Translations under genes and position numbers: made by a program
Origin: Candidatus Thorarchaeota archaeon
Lineage (GTDB): Archaea; Asgardarchaeota; Thorarchaeia; Thorarchaeales; Thorarchaeaceae
Assembly: GCA_048884965.1 (NCBI GenBank)
Contig: JBHLQH010000029.1
Coordinates: 1 to 45,947, forward strand
Reading direction: 5' to 3'
Length of the DNA: 45,947 nt
The notes under the pieces: generated by a model
Database searches by the model: none
What the model saw: the letters and a program-made list of their open reading frames with translations, nothing else
What the model was told of the DNA's origin: nothing
Shown: positions 1-8,417 of the stretch, one piece after another
Position numbering within the stretch: position 1 is the stretch's first letter
Layout: each line of letters starts with the position of its first letter

Positions 1-123
1 ACAAATAATGACCCCCTGACAACTGGAAAAATCGCACTGGCACATCTCAAAGAATTTCCCGACTACTATGATAGATTGGACAAGCTTGAGGAAGAAGCGA
101 AAGCATATTGGAATAGCCAGTAG
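1..123 (+). CDS. 3' end of a DUF5661-like small protein (truncated by window start)
   Basis: Frame +1 reads TNNDPLTTGKIALAHLKEFPDYYDRLDKLEEEAKAYWNSQ* (TAG 121-123). 'KIALAHLxEFPDYY' is the pattern I recall for DUF5661. Not in the ORF track. Confidence 0.7.
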   Translation, partial: TNNDPLTTGKIALAHLKEFPDYYDRLDKLEEEAKAYWNSQ

Positions 124-185
124 TTGAGCTAAGTAGATACAAGTTCAGATACTGTTTGGAAAATCATTGTGTTTCATTTTGCTTC

Positions 186-878
186 TCAAAGGGCATTTGC
201 TGCATAAGAAGAAAGTAGATCCCTAGAAACCTCTCCCAACATACCTAGGTCCTCAGAGAGAATGAATAGTACTACATGGATCTCTTCTAAGGTGCAGATC
301 TTGCTTGCATCATTCATAAGAAAGTGAAGATATCGTCGTAATCTCTCTTCAATCACATCTCTAGCGGTGATATTCTGCATCTTATCTGGGTCAAATGTCG
401 CAATGGTCCCACCATGGCTTGCTATTCTGCTCAAGTTCTCAAGGGTTCTTGGAGTATCTATTATCTGTGCCAAACGAGGGTCTTGGGAGTCGATGAGTCT
501 TCTATAAAGTGCGATATCCCTCCATTTTCCGGTCCAATTCATCTGGACTCTTGTTCTCTCGGCATATGTATGTGGTCTATCTCGACGAGCTTCTCCCAGA
601 AAGAAGAATATTACCATCAGCAATCCTATCTCATCTGGTAGAATCAGCACCGCAAGAAAGAAACCGGATAGGAGCCACAGAAACATGTAAGTCATACCCC
701 AGACGAACCGATTTCGCAAGAAGAAACGAAAGGAGAGAGTGGTTTCGGATGGCCTCTTGTAGGTGCTTCTCATCTGTTTCGCTCCAGACGTCAATCTGCG
801 TATCATCAGCTCGGAGGTCAATAGACATAGAAAGAACGCTCCAGCTTGAACCACTATATCAATGGATACCTGCATCAA
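186..878 (-). CDS. Hypothetical membrane protein
   Basis: 230-aa ORF with about three N-terminal hydrophobic segments and a soluble C-terminal part. No family recognised. Confidence 0.6.
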   Translation of the reverse strand: MMQVSIDIVVQAGAFFLCLLTSELMIRRLTSGAKQMRSTYKRPSETTLSFRFFLRNRFVWGMTYMFLWLLSGFFLAVLILPDEIGLLMVIFFFLGEARRDRPHTYAERTRVQMNWTGKWRDIALYRRLIDSQDPRLAQIIDTPRTLENLSRIASHGGTIATFDPDKMQNITARDVIEERLRRYLHFLMNDASKICTLEEIHVVLFILSEDLGMLGEVSRDLLSSYAANAL

Positions 879-933
879 TTACCGACATCCCCACTAGCAA
901 CTACAAGTACTAGTCAATATATCTTTCTTCAAA

Positions 934-1212
934 TCACCAACCCATTTGTCGTCGTTTCGACATGGCATCTGCATATTCTTGGGATTCGCCGTCAAAATAC
1001 ATATTCTCTTCAACGATAGCATGATGTATCTTGTCAGAGATACTCTCCCTTTCGACCTTGTACGAAGGATGAGTTGCATGTTCCGTTCTTCTATCCCGAC
1101 TTAGATAGACGGATAGGAGGATTACCCCGCCAAATAGAGCAAACAGATAGATACCTAGCATTTCGGCCCTCTCTGGATAGGATACCACTTGAAACCTTAT
1201 GGTCTTTTGCAC
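934..1212 (-). CDS. Small membrane-anchored hypothetical protein (start may be ATG 1161)
   Basis: One hydrophobic segment (LGIYLFALFGGVILLSVYL). Fits the run of closely packed minus-strand genes. Confidence 0.5.
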   Translation of the reverse strand: MQKTIRFQVVSYPERAEMLGIYLFALFGGVILLSVYLSRDRRTEHATHPSYKVERESISDKIHHAIVEENMYFDGESQEYADAMSKRRQMGW

Positions 1213-1222
1213 CGACTTACAG

Positions 1223-1708
1223 CTATTCTGCTCCTACCCAATCGGAAGAGAGCCTAAGTCCACAAACAGCATCGACACCATGTGTATATTGCTTGTCAGA
1301 ATCAAGATATGTCTGAATCTTCTCGATAAAGACTCTCAAGGTACTTGGATTGATATTGATGTTCACCACGAAGTCTTCGAGGATGAAGGGCTCGTTGTCC
1401 ATAGCATCAAAGCCAAGTCGCACTACGAGTTGGTCCAGCCATCGAATGGTCACTCCATTCTCCTTGCCAAAGGATACAGGATCGAAATCCGAAGGCGGGT
1501 TACATTTGTATATTCTTGTTCCCTTGCCATAGGTCTGAAAGACATCTAGGAGGCCTTGAAGACTGTCCTTGATGATTCCTAATGCTTCGTCAGTCCCAAT
1601 AATGTATACCTGCTCCCTCCATTTTCCACTCTGCTCATCCTTAATGAGCCAGATTTGGAAATTCAGGTTCTCAAACATCTTTTGATCGCGAATAGAACTC
1701 ATCACCAT
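1223..1708 (-). CDS. Hypothetical protein
   Basis: 161-aa ORF with AGGAG SD-like motif just upstream of the ATG. No family recognised. Confidence 0.65.
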   Translation of the reverse strand: MVMSSIRDQKMFENLNFQIWLIKDEQSGKWREQVYIIGTDEALGIIKDSLQGLLDVFQTYGKGTRIYKCNPPSDFDPVSFGKENGVTIRWLDQLVVRLGFDAMDNEPFILEDFVVNININPSTLRVFIEKIQTYLDSDKQYTHGVDAVCGLRLSSDWVGAE

Positions 1709-1770
1709 TTCTCCTAGATGCTTTGGCTTTCGTTACAAGTATAAAAGCATCTTAAGGTCTTTCTTATCCT

Positions 1771-2088
1771 CTATCGGTCTTCAATCTTCTCAATCTTGAA
1801 GACCACTGGGTTCACTCCATCACCGCATGGCTGATAGGTAGCACCATGTGATGGGAACTCATAATCGCCTCCATGATGATAGACCAGTATTGTAGCATAG
1901 AGATCATGCCAAGCGCGCTCACAGAACCCTTCTGGAATCTGATACTGATTTGTCACAATGAACTCCTCGCCTTCTTCATGGTCGCACGGAATGAATGGTT
2001 TGCCATTTCTTGTCATTCCGTGATCTGGTCCAAAGACATCCTCTGGACTGAATTTTTTTACGACTGTGATTCTCAGACTTGCTTTCAA
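1771..2088 (-). CDS. TIGR04076-family Cys-motif protein, paralog 2
   Basis: PC...EGEEFIV...PEGFCxxAWxD...CGDGxxPVVFKIEKI. Start refined to TTG 2088, preceded by GGTGA and matching the paralog's N-terminus. Confidence 0.8.
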   Translation of the reverse strand: MKASLRITVVKKFSPEDVFGPDHGMTRNGKPFIPCDHEEGEEFIVTNQYQIPEGFCERAWHDLYATILVYHHGGDYEFPSHGATYQPCGDGVNPVVFKIEKIEDR

Positions 2089-2208
2089 GCTATAGTCACC
2101 TCGAAATAGTGACTTTGAATCTAATCTTCGCTTTTTGCTAGTTCTGCACAACGCAAAGAATGTCCTAATCCTCTAGCACGAATTGGTACAGAATCTCAAT
2201 CTCTCTAT

Positions 2209-2535
2209 CTACATCTTCTCAATCTTGAAGATAACCGGTTTGAGTCCATCCCCACAAGGCTGGTACGTGATACCCGGCTCAGGATACTCATAGTCTCCTC
2301 CAAAGAAGTAGATCATCAATGTGCCATAGAGATCCTGCCAAGCTCTGCCACAGAGTCCTTCGGGCTTGTTGAGATGATGATCAACGATGAACTCTTCCCC
2401 CTCTTTATGTCCGCAAGGCGGAATCGGCTCCCCATTCCAAGTCATGTCGTGATTAGGTCCAAACACGTCCTCAGGAGTGAACTTCTTGAAAACGGTAACT
2501 CTTACATTTGAGCTCATTGCTATCATTTCCATCAT
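2209..2535 (-). CDS. TIGR04076-family Cys-motif protein, paralog 1
   Basis: Same motif set (PPC..KEGEEFIV, PEGLCGRAWQD, PCGDGLKPVIFKIEK). Tandem duplicate of 1771..2088. Confidence 0.8.
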   Translation of the reverse strand: MMEMIAMSSNVRVTVFKKFTPEDVFGPNHDMTWNGEPIPPCGHKEGEEFIVDHHLNKPEGLCGRAWQDLYGTLMIYFFGGDYEYPEPGITYQPCGDGLKPVIFKIEKM

Positions 2536-2598
2536 ACAGATGGAGTCATCAATCCAATCTTGGTTTTAGCCGTTTTCCACTCAGCAATATTATAGCCC

Positions 2599-2982
2599 TT
2601 ACTCACGCAGGAGTCCGTTATCCCTCAGAAGACACTCGGTGTCGACGCACGCATCTCGACGTAGAGCAGCGTTTCTTCTCAGATCTCCAAGCGCATCTAT
2701 GACAAGATATCCGCCTACCAAGGATAGGCCGATGATTCCCAAGACCAATCCTACAATAAAGCTCAGTACTTGATCGACCATATAGTACTCGGATGTTGCG
2801 ATGAGAATGGTCAACAATGACATTGGGATGGTGAGTATACCGATACCAGTTCGCAATTCAGCTAAATGTGTTCTCTTCTCTGCTTCAATAGTCCGTATCA
2901 CCGCAAGCGTAGTCGATAGGTCTCCGGCAGACTTTGAAGCTTCGGCAATCTTGATTAGTCCTTCATCCGACAAATTGTTCAC
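2599..2982 (-). CDS. Two-TM membrane protein, DUF202/YidH-like
   Basis: EAEKRTHLAELRTG followed by two hydrophobic helices resembles the 'LAxERTxLAwxRT' DUF202 pattern. Confidence 0.55.
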   Translation of the reverse strand: MNNLSDEGLIKIAEASKSAGDLSTTLAVIRTIEAEKRTHLAELRTGIGILTIPMSLLTILIATSEYYMVDQVLSFIVGLVLGIIGLSLVGGYLVIDALGDLRRNAALRRDACVDTECLLRDNGLLRE

Positions 2983-2985
2983 CAG

Positions 2986-3219
2986 CTAGAACTCATCTAG
3001 AAGCGAGTCCTTTGGCTCCCCTTTTCTCTTTTTCTTTGACATAAGCCGTCTTGCTTCCTCAGGACCAACTAAGTCTGTCAAGTGATCAAAGGCTTCCGCA
3101 TCATCTCGATCCAGCCATCTCTCTATCTGCTTGTATACCTCTGGTGACAGATCCTTTGCGAGTTTCTTCTTCCTTTCTTTCTTACTTAGGTCAAAATCAT
3201 CTGGTCCGAGGAGGCTCAT
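2986..3219 (-). CDS. Small charged hypothetical protein
   Basis: 77-aa ORF with GGTGAG SD upstream. Its stop lies 3 nt before the next gene's start. Confidence 0.65.
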   Translation of the reverse strand: MSLLGPDDFDLSKKERKKKLAKDLSPEVYKQIERWLDRDDAEAFDHLTDLVGPEEARRLMSKKKRKGEPKDSLLDEF

Positions 3220-3322
3220 GAGGGCTCACCAAGTACCCATTCCATCTCAGAGGTTATGACCTTTCCCATTAGTGAGAAATATCAAAAGGAGGTTAGTCCA
3301 CTCCTTTCAAGAGGAATCACAT

Positions 3323-5032
3323 ATGGCCGCTCAAGACCCTCACCATCTGCCTTGGTGGAAGAAGACCACTGTCTACCAAATCTACCCTAGAAGCTTCAAG
3401 GATAGTACGAACAACGGCATTGGTGATATTCCTGGTATCATCTCCAAGTTGGACTACTTACACGACCTAGGAATCGAAACGATCTGGTTCTCACCTTTCT
3501 TTGCTAGCCCTCAAGCTGATCACGGATACGACATCAGTGACTATCGCAGTATAGCTCCAGAGTACGGAACAATGGCTGATTGCGAGCAGCTCATACGAGA
3601 GGTCCACGATCATGAGATGTATGTGGTTCTCGATATGGTCTTGAATCACTCCTCAAATCAGCATCCCTGGTTCCTAGAGTCAAGGTCCAGTCGTGATAAT
3701 CCCAAGAGGGACTGGTACATCTGGCGGGACGGTAAGAAACCTGGTGGCAGGAAGCCACCGAATAACTGGACCTCGATGATTGGAGGATCTGGCTGGCATT
3801 ATGACAAGCTGACAGATCAATGGTATTGGGCACAATTCCTACCCTTTCAACCTGACCTCAACTATCGCAATCCTGACGTCAAACAAGAGATGTTCGACAC
3901 AGTTCGCTTCTGGCTGGACAAAGGCGTTGATGGGTTTCGTTTGGATATCATTGATACGGTGTACGAAGATGAGCAATTCAGGGACAATCCGTTCACGTTG
4001 CAATACTTCCCGTCCGAGGAAGGCGCGAAGAGATTCTTCCATGACTGTATTCATACTATTCACCACCCTGATAATTTCGAGTTCGTTAAGCAACTTCGGG
4101 AGGTAGTGAACGAATTCTCAGACCCTGAACGCTTTCTGGTGGGCGAGGTTGGCGCATCTCTTGATACGCATAAGCGATACTGCGGTGAGGTCACAAATTG
4201 TACCAGAACAGATGGACTACATATGACCTTCCAATTCCAAAGTCTCAATGCGGACTTGGATGCACCTACCTTTCGCAATCTAATGTCAGAGTTCGAAAGA
4301 TGGTTCCCTGATCCCTATATCCCTACGTGGGTCTTCTCGAATCATGACCAAACACGCAGGATTAGCAAACTGGGTGATGATATCGCCAGGGCGAAGCTCA
4401 ATGTACTCCTTCAATTGACTGGTAGAGGTGTTCCTTTCATCTATATGGGTGAGGAGATTGGAATGCGTAGTCCCAAGATGCCTCTGAAAGGAGCAGAGGA
4501 TCCTGTTGCCAAGAAGTTTAGCTGGCTTCCGTCGTTCCTTGCTAACTTCTTGACCCGCGATGGAAAAATCTGCCTAAATCGCGATTGTTGCAGGACACCT
4601 ATTCAGTGGGACCCATCAGATAACGCAGGCTTCTCAAAGAGTGGAGTCCATACTTGGCTTCCTTTGGAGCCTCATTACAGAGAGGTCAATGTCGAGGCAC
4701 AAGAGAAAGATCCCACATCGATGCTGAACTGCTACAAGGAGCTCCTTACGATTCGAAGAAACCACCCCGCACTACACTCGGGATCTGTCCAATTCAAGGA
4801 TTTAGGGAAGGAGTACAAGAACTCACTGCTCGCCTATGAGCGGCTGTTCTATAGTCCTGATTTCCAGCAGATTGTACAGGTAGTCGTGAACCTCTCCAAT
4901 GAGTCATATCAGGTCAAAGGATTCGAGGGAAAGAAGACATTGCTATTCTCTACTATTTCAGATTCCGCGCCTATTGATGGTAGCATCATTCACCTGCACC
5001 CCCTAGAAGGAATTATCATGAAAATTCAATGA
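3323..5032 (+). CDS. GH13 alpha-glucosidase / oligo-1,6-glucosidase
   Basis: WWKKTTVYQIYPRSFKDS, DHGYDISDY, DMVLNHSS, GVDGFRLD (nucleophile), VGE (acid/base), NHD. Start refined to ATG 3323 after GAGGA. Confidence 0.93.
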   Translation: MAAQDPHHLPWWKKTTVYQIYPRSFKDSTNNGIGDIPGIISKLDYLHDLGIETIWFSPFFASPQADHGYDISDYRSIAPEYGTMADCEQLIREVHDHEMYVVLDMVLNHSSNQHPWFLESRSSRDNPKRDWYIWRDGKKPGGRKPPNNWTSMIGGSGWHYDKLTDQWYWAQFLPFQPDLNYRNPDVKQEMFDTVRFWLDKGVDGFRLDIIDTVYEDEQFRDNPFTLQYFPSEEGAKRFFHDCIHTIHHPDNFEFVKQLREVVNEFSDPERFLVGEVGASLDTHKRYCGEVTNCTRTDGLHMTFQFQSLNADLDAPTFRNLMSEFERWFPDPYIPTWVFSNHDQTRRISKLGDDIARAKLNVLLQLTGRGVPFIYMGEEIGMRSPKMPLKGAEDPVAKKFSWLPSFLANFLTRDGKICLNRDCCRTPIQWDPSDNAGFSKSGVHTWLPLEPHYREVNVEAQEKDPTSMLNCYKELLTIRRNHPALHSGSVQFKDLGKEYKNSLLAYERLFYSPDFQQIVQVVVNLSNESYQVKGFEGKKTLLFSTISDSAPIDGSIIHLHPLEGIIMKIQ

Positions 5033-5050
5033 GATGAACCCTCCGTTATT

Positions 5051-5058
5051 CTTATAAC
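5051..5058 (+). promoter_or_regulatory. Probable TATA box of tRNA-Pro
   Basis: CTTATAAC about 30 nt upstream of the mature tRNA 5' end. Confidence 0.5.
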
Positions 5059-5085
5059 CGGAGAAGACCGACGAGAGCATCGCAT

Positions 5086-5194
5086 GGGTCGGTGGTCTAG
5101 CTTGGCTATGATTCTTGGTTTGGGTTCCTAGCAGCTTAGGTTCCTAGGTCAAGACTCCAAGGGATCCCCGGTTCAAATCCGGGCCGGCCCACCA
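5086..5194 (+). tRNA. tRNA-Pro(UGG) with 31-nt intron at canonical 37/38 (5125..5155), CCA encoded
   Basis: Acceptor GGGTCGG/CCGGCCC; anticodon stem CTTGG/CCAAG with TGG at 5121-5123; T arm CCCGG-TTCAAAT-CCGGG; A-CCA at 5191-5194. BHB central helix TTTG/CAAG. Confidence 0.93.
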
Positions 5195-5283
5195 CATTTT
5201 TCTTCTTGATGTTCCTAAAGCAACTTCTGCACATTGACTCTGGAACATATCAATCATTCAGAATATTTCTGCTACAACTATAA

Positions 5284-5691
5284 TCAAAGTTTCTTTCCTG
5301 GTACAACTACAACTTGACCAAGTAAATCGCCTTTGCTTACATGAGATTTTATCCTTGATTGGAACATAGCGAGATTTGCGGTACGGTCTTCAGTATATTT
5401 CTTCATCTCCATGCATCCGATGCAACAAAGATGGCCCATTCCGTTGACCCCATAGAAGGACAGAAAGACAAGTGAGTTTTCAGGTACTTTTATCGGACGA
5501 ATAGGTACGATTTTGATATCTCCTTCTTCGAATGCGACTCTATCCTCAGCAACAACTGGGGCGATCTCGATTTCAGACCAATCCAGCGACATTTTTGCCT
5601 TTTCCATGCCTTCGGTAGCTGTTCTCATTTTATCTAACCCAATTGAAGCTAGTTCAACCGAGCAACTTACAGTATAGATTTTTTCAGCCAT
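5284..5691 (-). CDS. DUF22-like archaeal protein
   Basis: PVVAEDRV..EGDIKIVPIRPIKVPENS and C-terminal KGDLLGQVVV resemble the DUF22 family as I recall it. Start refined to ATG 5691 after GAGGTG. Confidence 0.65.
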   Translation of the reverse strand: MAEKIYTVSCSVELASIGLDKMRTATEGMEKAKMSLDWSEIEIAPVVAEDRVAFEEGDIKIVPIRPIKVPENSLVFLSFYGVNGMGHLCCIGCMEMKKYTEDRTANLAMFQSRIKSHVSKGDLLGQVVVVPGKKL

Positions 5692-5904
5692 TCTCAAACA
5701 CCTCAATTATTGAATAAGAGTATCATCGGAGGTTCCTAGAGTCCAGTTCTCTATGTTTATTTACATTATGGAATCAACCAAGTAAATAAATTTACACGAC
5801 ATTGCTTTAGTATCATATTGCTCAGTTAACGAGTTACAGGATACAACTTATTGCATCTGACCTCTAGATGAAACAATTACATCCAATTGAGGTCGAATAG
5901 GCAT

Positions 5905-5951
5905 TCGGCAATAGTCGTAATGTTTATCATCTATTGTTCGACTAATGCCGA
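5905..5951. promoter_or_regulatory. Inverted operator-like sites flanking the promoter of the HTH regulator
   Basis: TCGGCAATAGTCG (5905-5917) and CGACTAATGCCGA (5939-5951) are 12/13 inverted repeats around TTTATC (5923). Confidence 0.55.
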
Positions 5952-5957
5952 CCAGCC

Positions 5958-6683
5958 ATGTCAGTACAATCTTCCGTGAGAGAGCGGCTCGCAAGGCGTA
6001 TTGCTGGTGAGATTGCTCTATCCGACCAACCTGGTCATATCATGCGAGTGTGGAGAGAGAGATTTAGGCTACCCCAGATCGTTCTGGCTGACTATCTTGG
6101 GATAAGTCCCAGTGTAATTAGTGACTATGAATCAGGAAGGAGAAAATCTCCTGGCACATCAACCATACGCCGTTTCGTCATGGCATTGTTATCTCTGGAT
6201 GAGCGAAATGGAGGTCAAGTGGTTTCAGCGTTCGTACGACTCATGGATGTGAGCCTAGTCGACCTTAACATCGTTCTTGCAATGAGTGATTTTACTATGA
6301 GCATGTCCAGTCGGAAGTTCTGCGAGATCCTCAAGTGCACGGTGAAGAGTGGCGAAGAGTACTTGGATAAGGAGATTTATGGGTATACTCTCGTAGATGT
6401 GGAACGAGCAGTACGAGAGCTTGACAGTGAGGCATTTTTGAAGTTGTTCGGAGCAACTACCGAACGCTGCCTGATCTTTACTAATGTGAGTACTGGGCGC
6501 GCACCGATGATTGCCATCAAGTCACAGGAGTTCAAGCCTACGCTTGTGGTCCTGCATGGTGTGGGAAAGATTGACCGGCTTGCGCTTGAGCTGTCGGAGC
6601 AGATGAGAATTCCCCTAGCAGTGAGCAAAGCGGGGTCTATTGATACATTGATTCGAGAGCTTCGTTCAATTGAGCCTGTTTAG
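5958..6683 (+). CDS. XRE-family HTH transcriptional regulator, COG1709-like (HTH + DRTGG-like domain)
   Basis: RIAGEIALSDQPG..MRVWRERF..Q..LA.YLGISPSVISDYESGRRKSPG; C-terminal FTNVSTGRAPMIAIK. Confidence 0.88.
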   Translation: MSVQSSVRERLARRIAGEIALSDQPGHIMRVWRERFRLPQIVLADYLGISPSVISDYESGRRKSPGTSTIRRFVMALLSLDERNGGQVVSAFVRLMDVSLVDLNIVLAMSDFTMSMSSRKFCEILKCTVKSGEEYLDKEIYGYTLVDVERAVRELDSEAFLKLFGATTERCLIFTNVSTGRAPMIAIKSQEFKPTLVVLHGVGKIDRLALELSEQMRIPLAVSKAGSIDTLIRELRSIEPV

Positions 6684-7597
6684 TCGAAGATCATCTTTAG
6701 GATTGCCATTCTAGTTACTACACCGCTGTATACTTGGTCGAAGTATTTCGCTTGAGGTGTCTTGTCTACAGCTGGGTCGATTTCGTCAACTCTTGGCAGT
6801 GGATGCAGTATGATCGCATCATCCTTCATTCGTGCAGCATCTTTCACATCAATGCGGAACTGTCCCTTCACCTTATCGTATTCTCGCTCATCTCCAAAGC
6901 GTTCCTTCTGGATTCTTGTTTGATAAACGACATCAACATTCCCAGTGACCGCCTCTTCTATCGTATCTACCTGAGTGACACTGACACCTGCTTTCTGGAT
7001 TTCTTCAACGATAGCTGGCTTCATTCTGAGCGATGGCGGTGCAGCAAGCACAATATTGACATCATAGTGAGAGAGTGCCATTCCGAGTGAATGAGCTGTT
7101 CGTCCGTACTTCAAGTCACCACATAGTGCTATCGTCAAGCCATCAAGGGTTCCTTTCATCTTCTTTATCGAATATAGATCCAAGAGCGCTTGGGTTGGAT
7201 GCTCTTCCGCACCACTGCCTGCATTGATGACTGGTACCGAAGAGAACTCTGCTGCTACTCGTGCTGACCCATCGAGTGGATGACGAATGACAATGACATC
7301 CGCATACCTTTCTACGGTACGAATGGTATCTGCAAGGGTTTCACCCTTCATTCCAGCACTAGTCGAAGTGACATCAGAAAAGCCAAGAACTCCTCCACCA
7401 AGTCTAAGCATTGCGCTTTCAAAGGAGAGTCTTGTACGCGTCGAAGCCTCAAAGAACAGGACCGCCATAATCTTCCCGCGGAGTAGGTCAGTTCGATCGA
7501 TAGCTACCTTCTCCATCTTAGAAGCCATTCCTAAGATCTCATCAATCCCTCCACGATCGAGGTCTTGAATACTAATCAGATTTCTTAATTTTCCCAC
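6680..7597 (-). CDS. pyrB: Aspartate carbamoyltransferase catalytic subunit
   Basis: FFEASTRTRLSFE, NAGSGAEEHPTQALLD, GDLKYGRTAHS, TRIQKER, HPLPR. Start refined to GTG 7597, which removes the overlap with the upstream gene. Confidence 0.96.
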   Translation of the reverse strand: MGKLRNLISIQDLDRGGIDEILGMASKMEKVAIDRTDLLRGKIMAVLFFEASTRTRLSFESAMLRLGGGVLGFSDVTSTSAGMKGETLADTIRTVERYADVIVIRHPLDGSARVAAEFSSVPVINAGSGAEEHPTQALLDLYSIKKMKGTLDGLTIALCGDLKYGRTAHSLGMALSHYDVNIVLAAPPSLRMKPAIVEEIQKAGVSVTQVDTIEEAVTGNVDVVYQTRIQKERFGDEREYDKVKGQFRIDVKDAARMKDDAIILHPLPRVDEIDPAVDKTPQAKYFDQVYSGVVTRMAILKMIFD

Positions 7598-7673
7598 ACT
7601 GCTTCGCCTCTTAACAGTCTGGGATGATAGGCACCGTTGGTTTCTCTTTAAACTTTGCCGAAGAGCACTCCTT

Positions 7674-8150
7674 TCAAGTTCCATTCAAACCGTGCTTTCT
7701 ATTGATTTCTACTTGTCGTAGAATCAGATTTGATTGTTCTACAAGCTCAATGGCAAGCTTGTCTTGATAGTTCTCCATGTAGATGACCTCGGTGATTCCC
7801 GCGTTGATGATCATCTTGATACAGATGCTACAGGGCCTTGTCGTACAATACATCTTTGCATCCTTGACACTGACGCCATGATACGCTGCTTGAATGATGG
7901 CATTCTGTTCAGCATGCAGACCTCTGCAAAGCTCGTGATGAGTTCCAGATTGCACTCCTAGTTTCTCTCTCATACAACCTCCAAGCTCATCACAGTGTGG
8001 AAGTCCTTTTGGCGCTCCGTTATATCCGGTTGAGAGAATCTGACCATCTTTGACGATAACTGCTCCTACATGATTTCTCGAACAGGTGCTGCGAGTACTA
8101 ACAAGATCTGCAATCTCCGAGAAATAGACGTCTTTGCTCTTTCGATTCAT
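7674..8150 (-). CDS. dCMP deaminase (ComEB-type Zn deaminase)
   Basis: RSTC..VGAVIV..STGYNG, HAEQNAI, PCxxC. Confidence 0.92.
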   Translation of the reverse strand: MNRKSKDVYFSEIADLVSTRSTCSRNHVGAVIVKDGQILSTGYNGAPKGLPHCDELGGCMREKLGVQSGTHHELCRGLHAEQNAIIQAAYHGVSVKDAKMYCTTRPCSICIKMIINAGITEVIYMENYQDKLAIELVEQSNLILRQVEINRKHGLNGT

Positions 8151-8328
8151 CTAGGAACGCTCCTTGGTTTTCCTCTCAGGTTCTCTCCCTCTTATGAAGT
8201 TCTTGATATATCCAGCCGTTCATTGCAAGACGATTGACAGTAAGTTGCAGATCTACAAGGGTCGCTTGCTTTGGATTGCTGGTTCTATTGCAATCGTACC
8301 AAAGAGACTGTCTGTCTACAAGCGCTTG

Positions 8329-8385
8329 AGAAATAGAAGAGAAAGAGTGACTGAGTTTCTGAGGAAACCCCTCGCCACTCTCTCG
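8329..8385 (-). terminator. Hairpin plus pyrimidine tract after the S8 protease
   Basis: Minus strand GAGAGTGGCGAG...CTCAGTCACTCT (imperfect stem) followed by TTCTCTTCTATTTC. Confidence 0.5.
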
Positions 8386-8417
8386 TAATTTATACTAGAT
8401 CGATTTCGGTCTTACCA

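Noticed and set aside
907-936. Possible TGA (Sec) read-through of ORF 934..1212
   Set aside because: Read-through adds only FEERYID*, with no redox motif or convincing SECIS.
7598-7684. 29-aa N-terminal extension of PyrB
   Set aside because: Overlaps the dCMP deaminase stop. PyrB similarity starts at GTG 7597, which has a GAGG upstream.
8164-8388. 74-aa + strand ORF
   Set aside because: Covers the protease terminator and the dCMP deaminase promoter region; no motifs.
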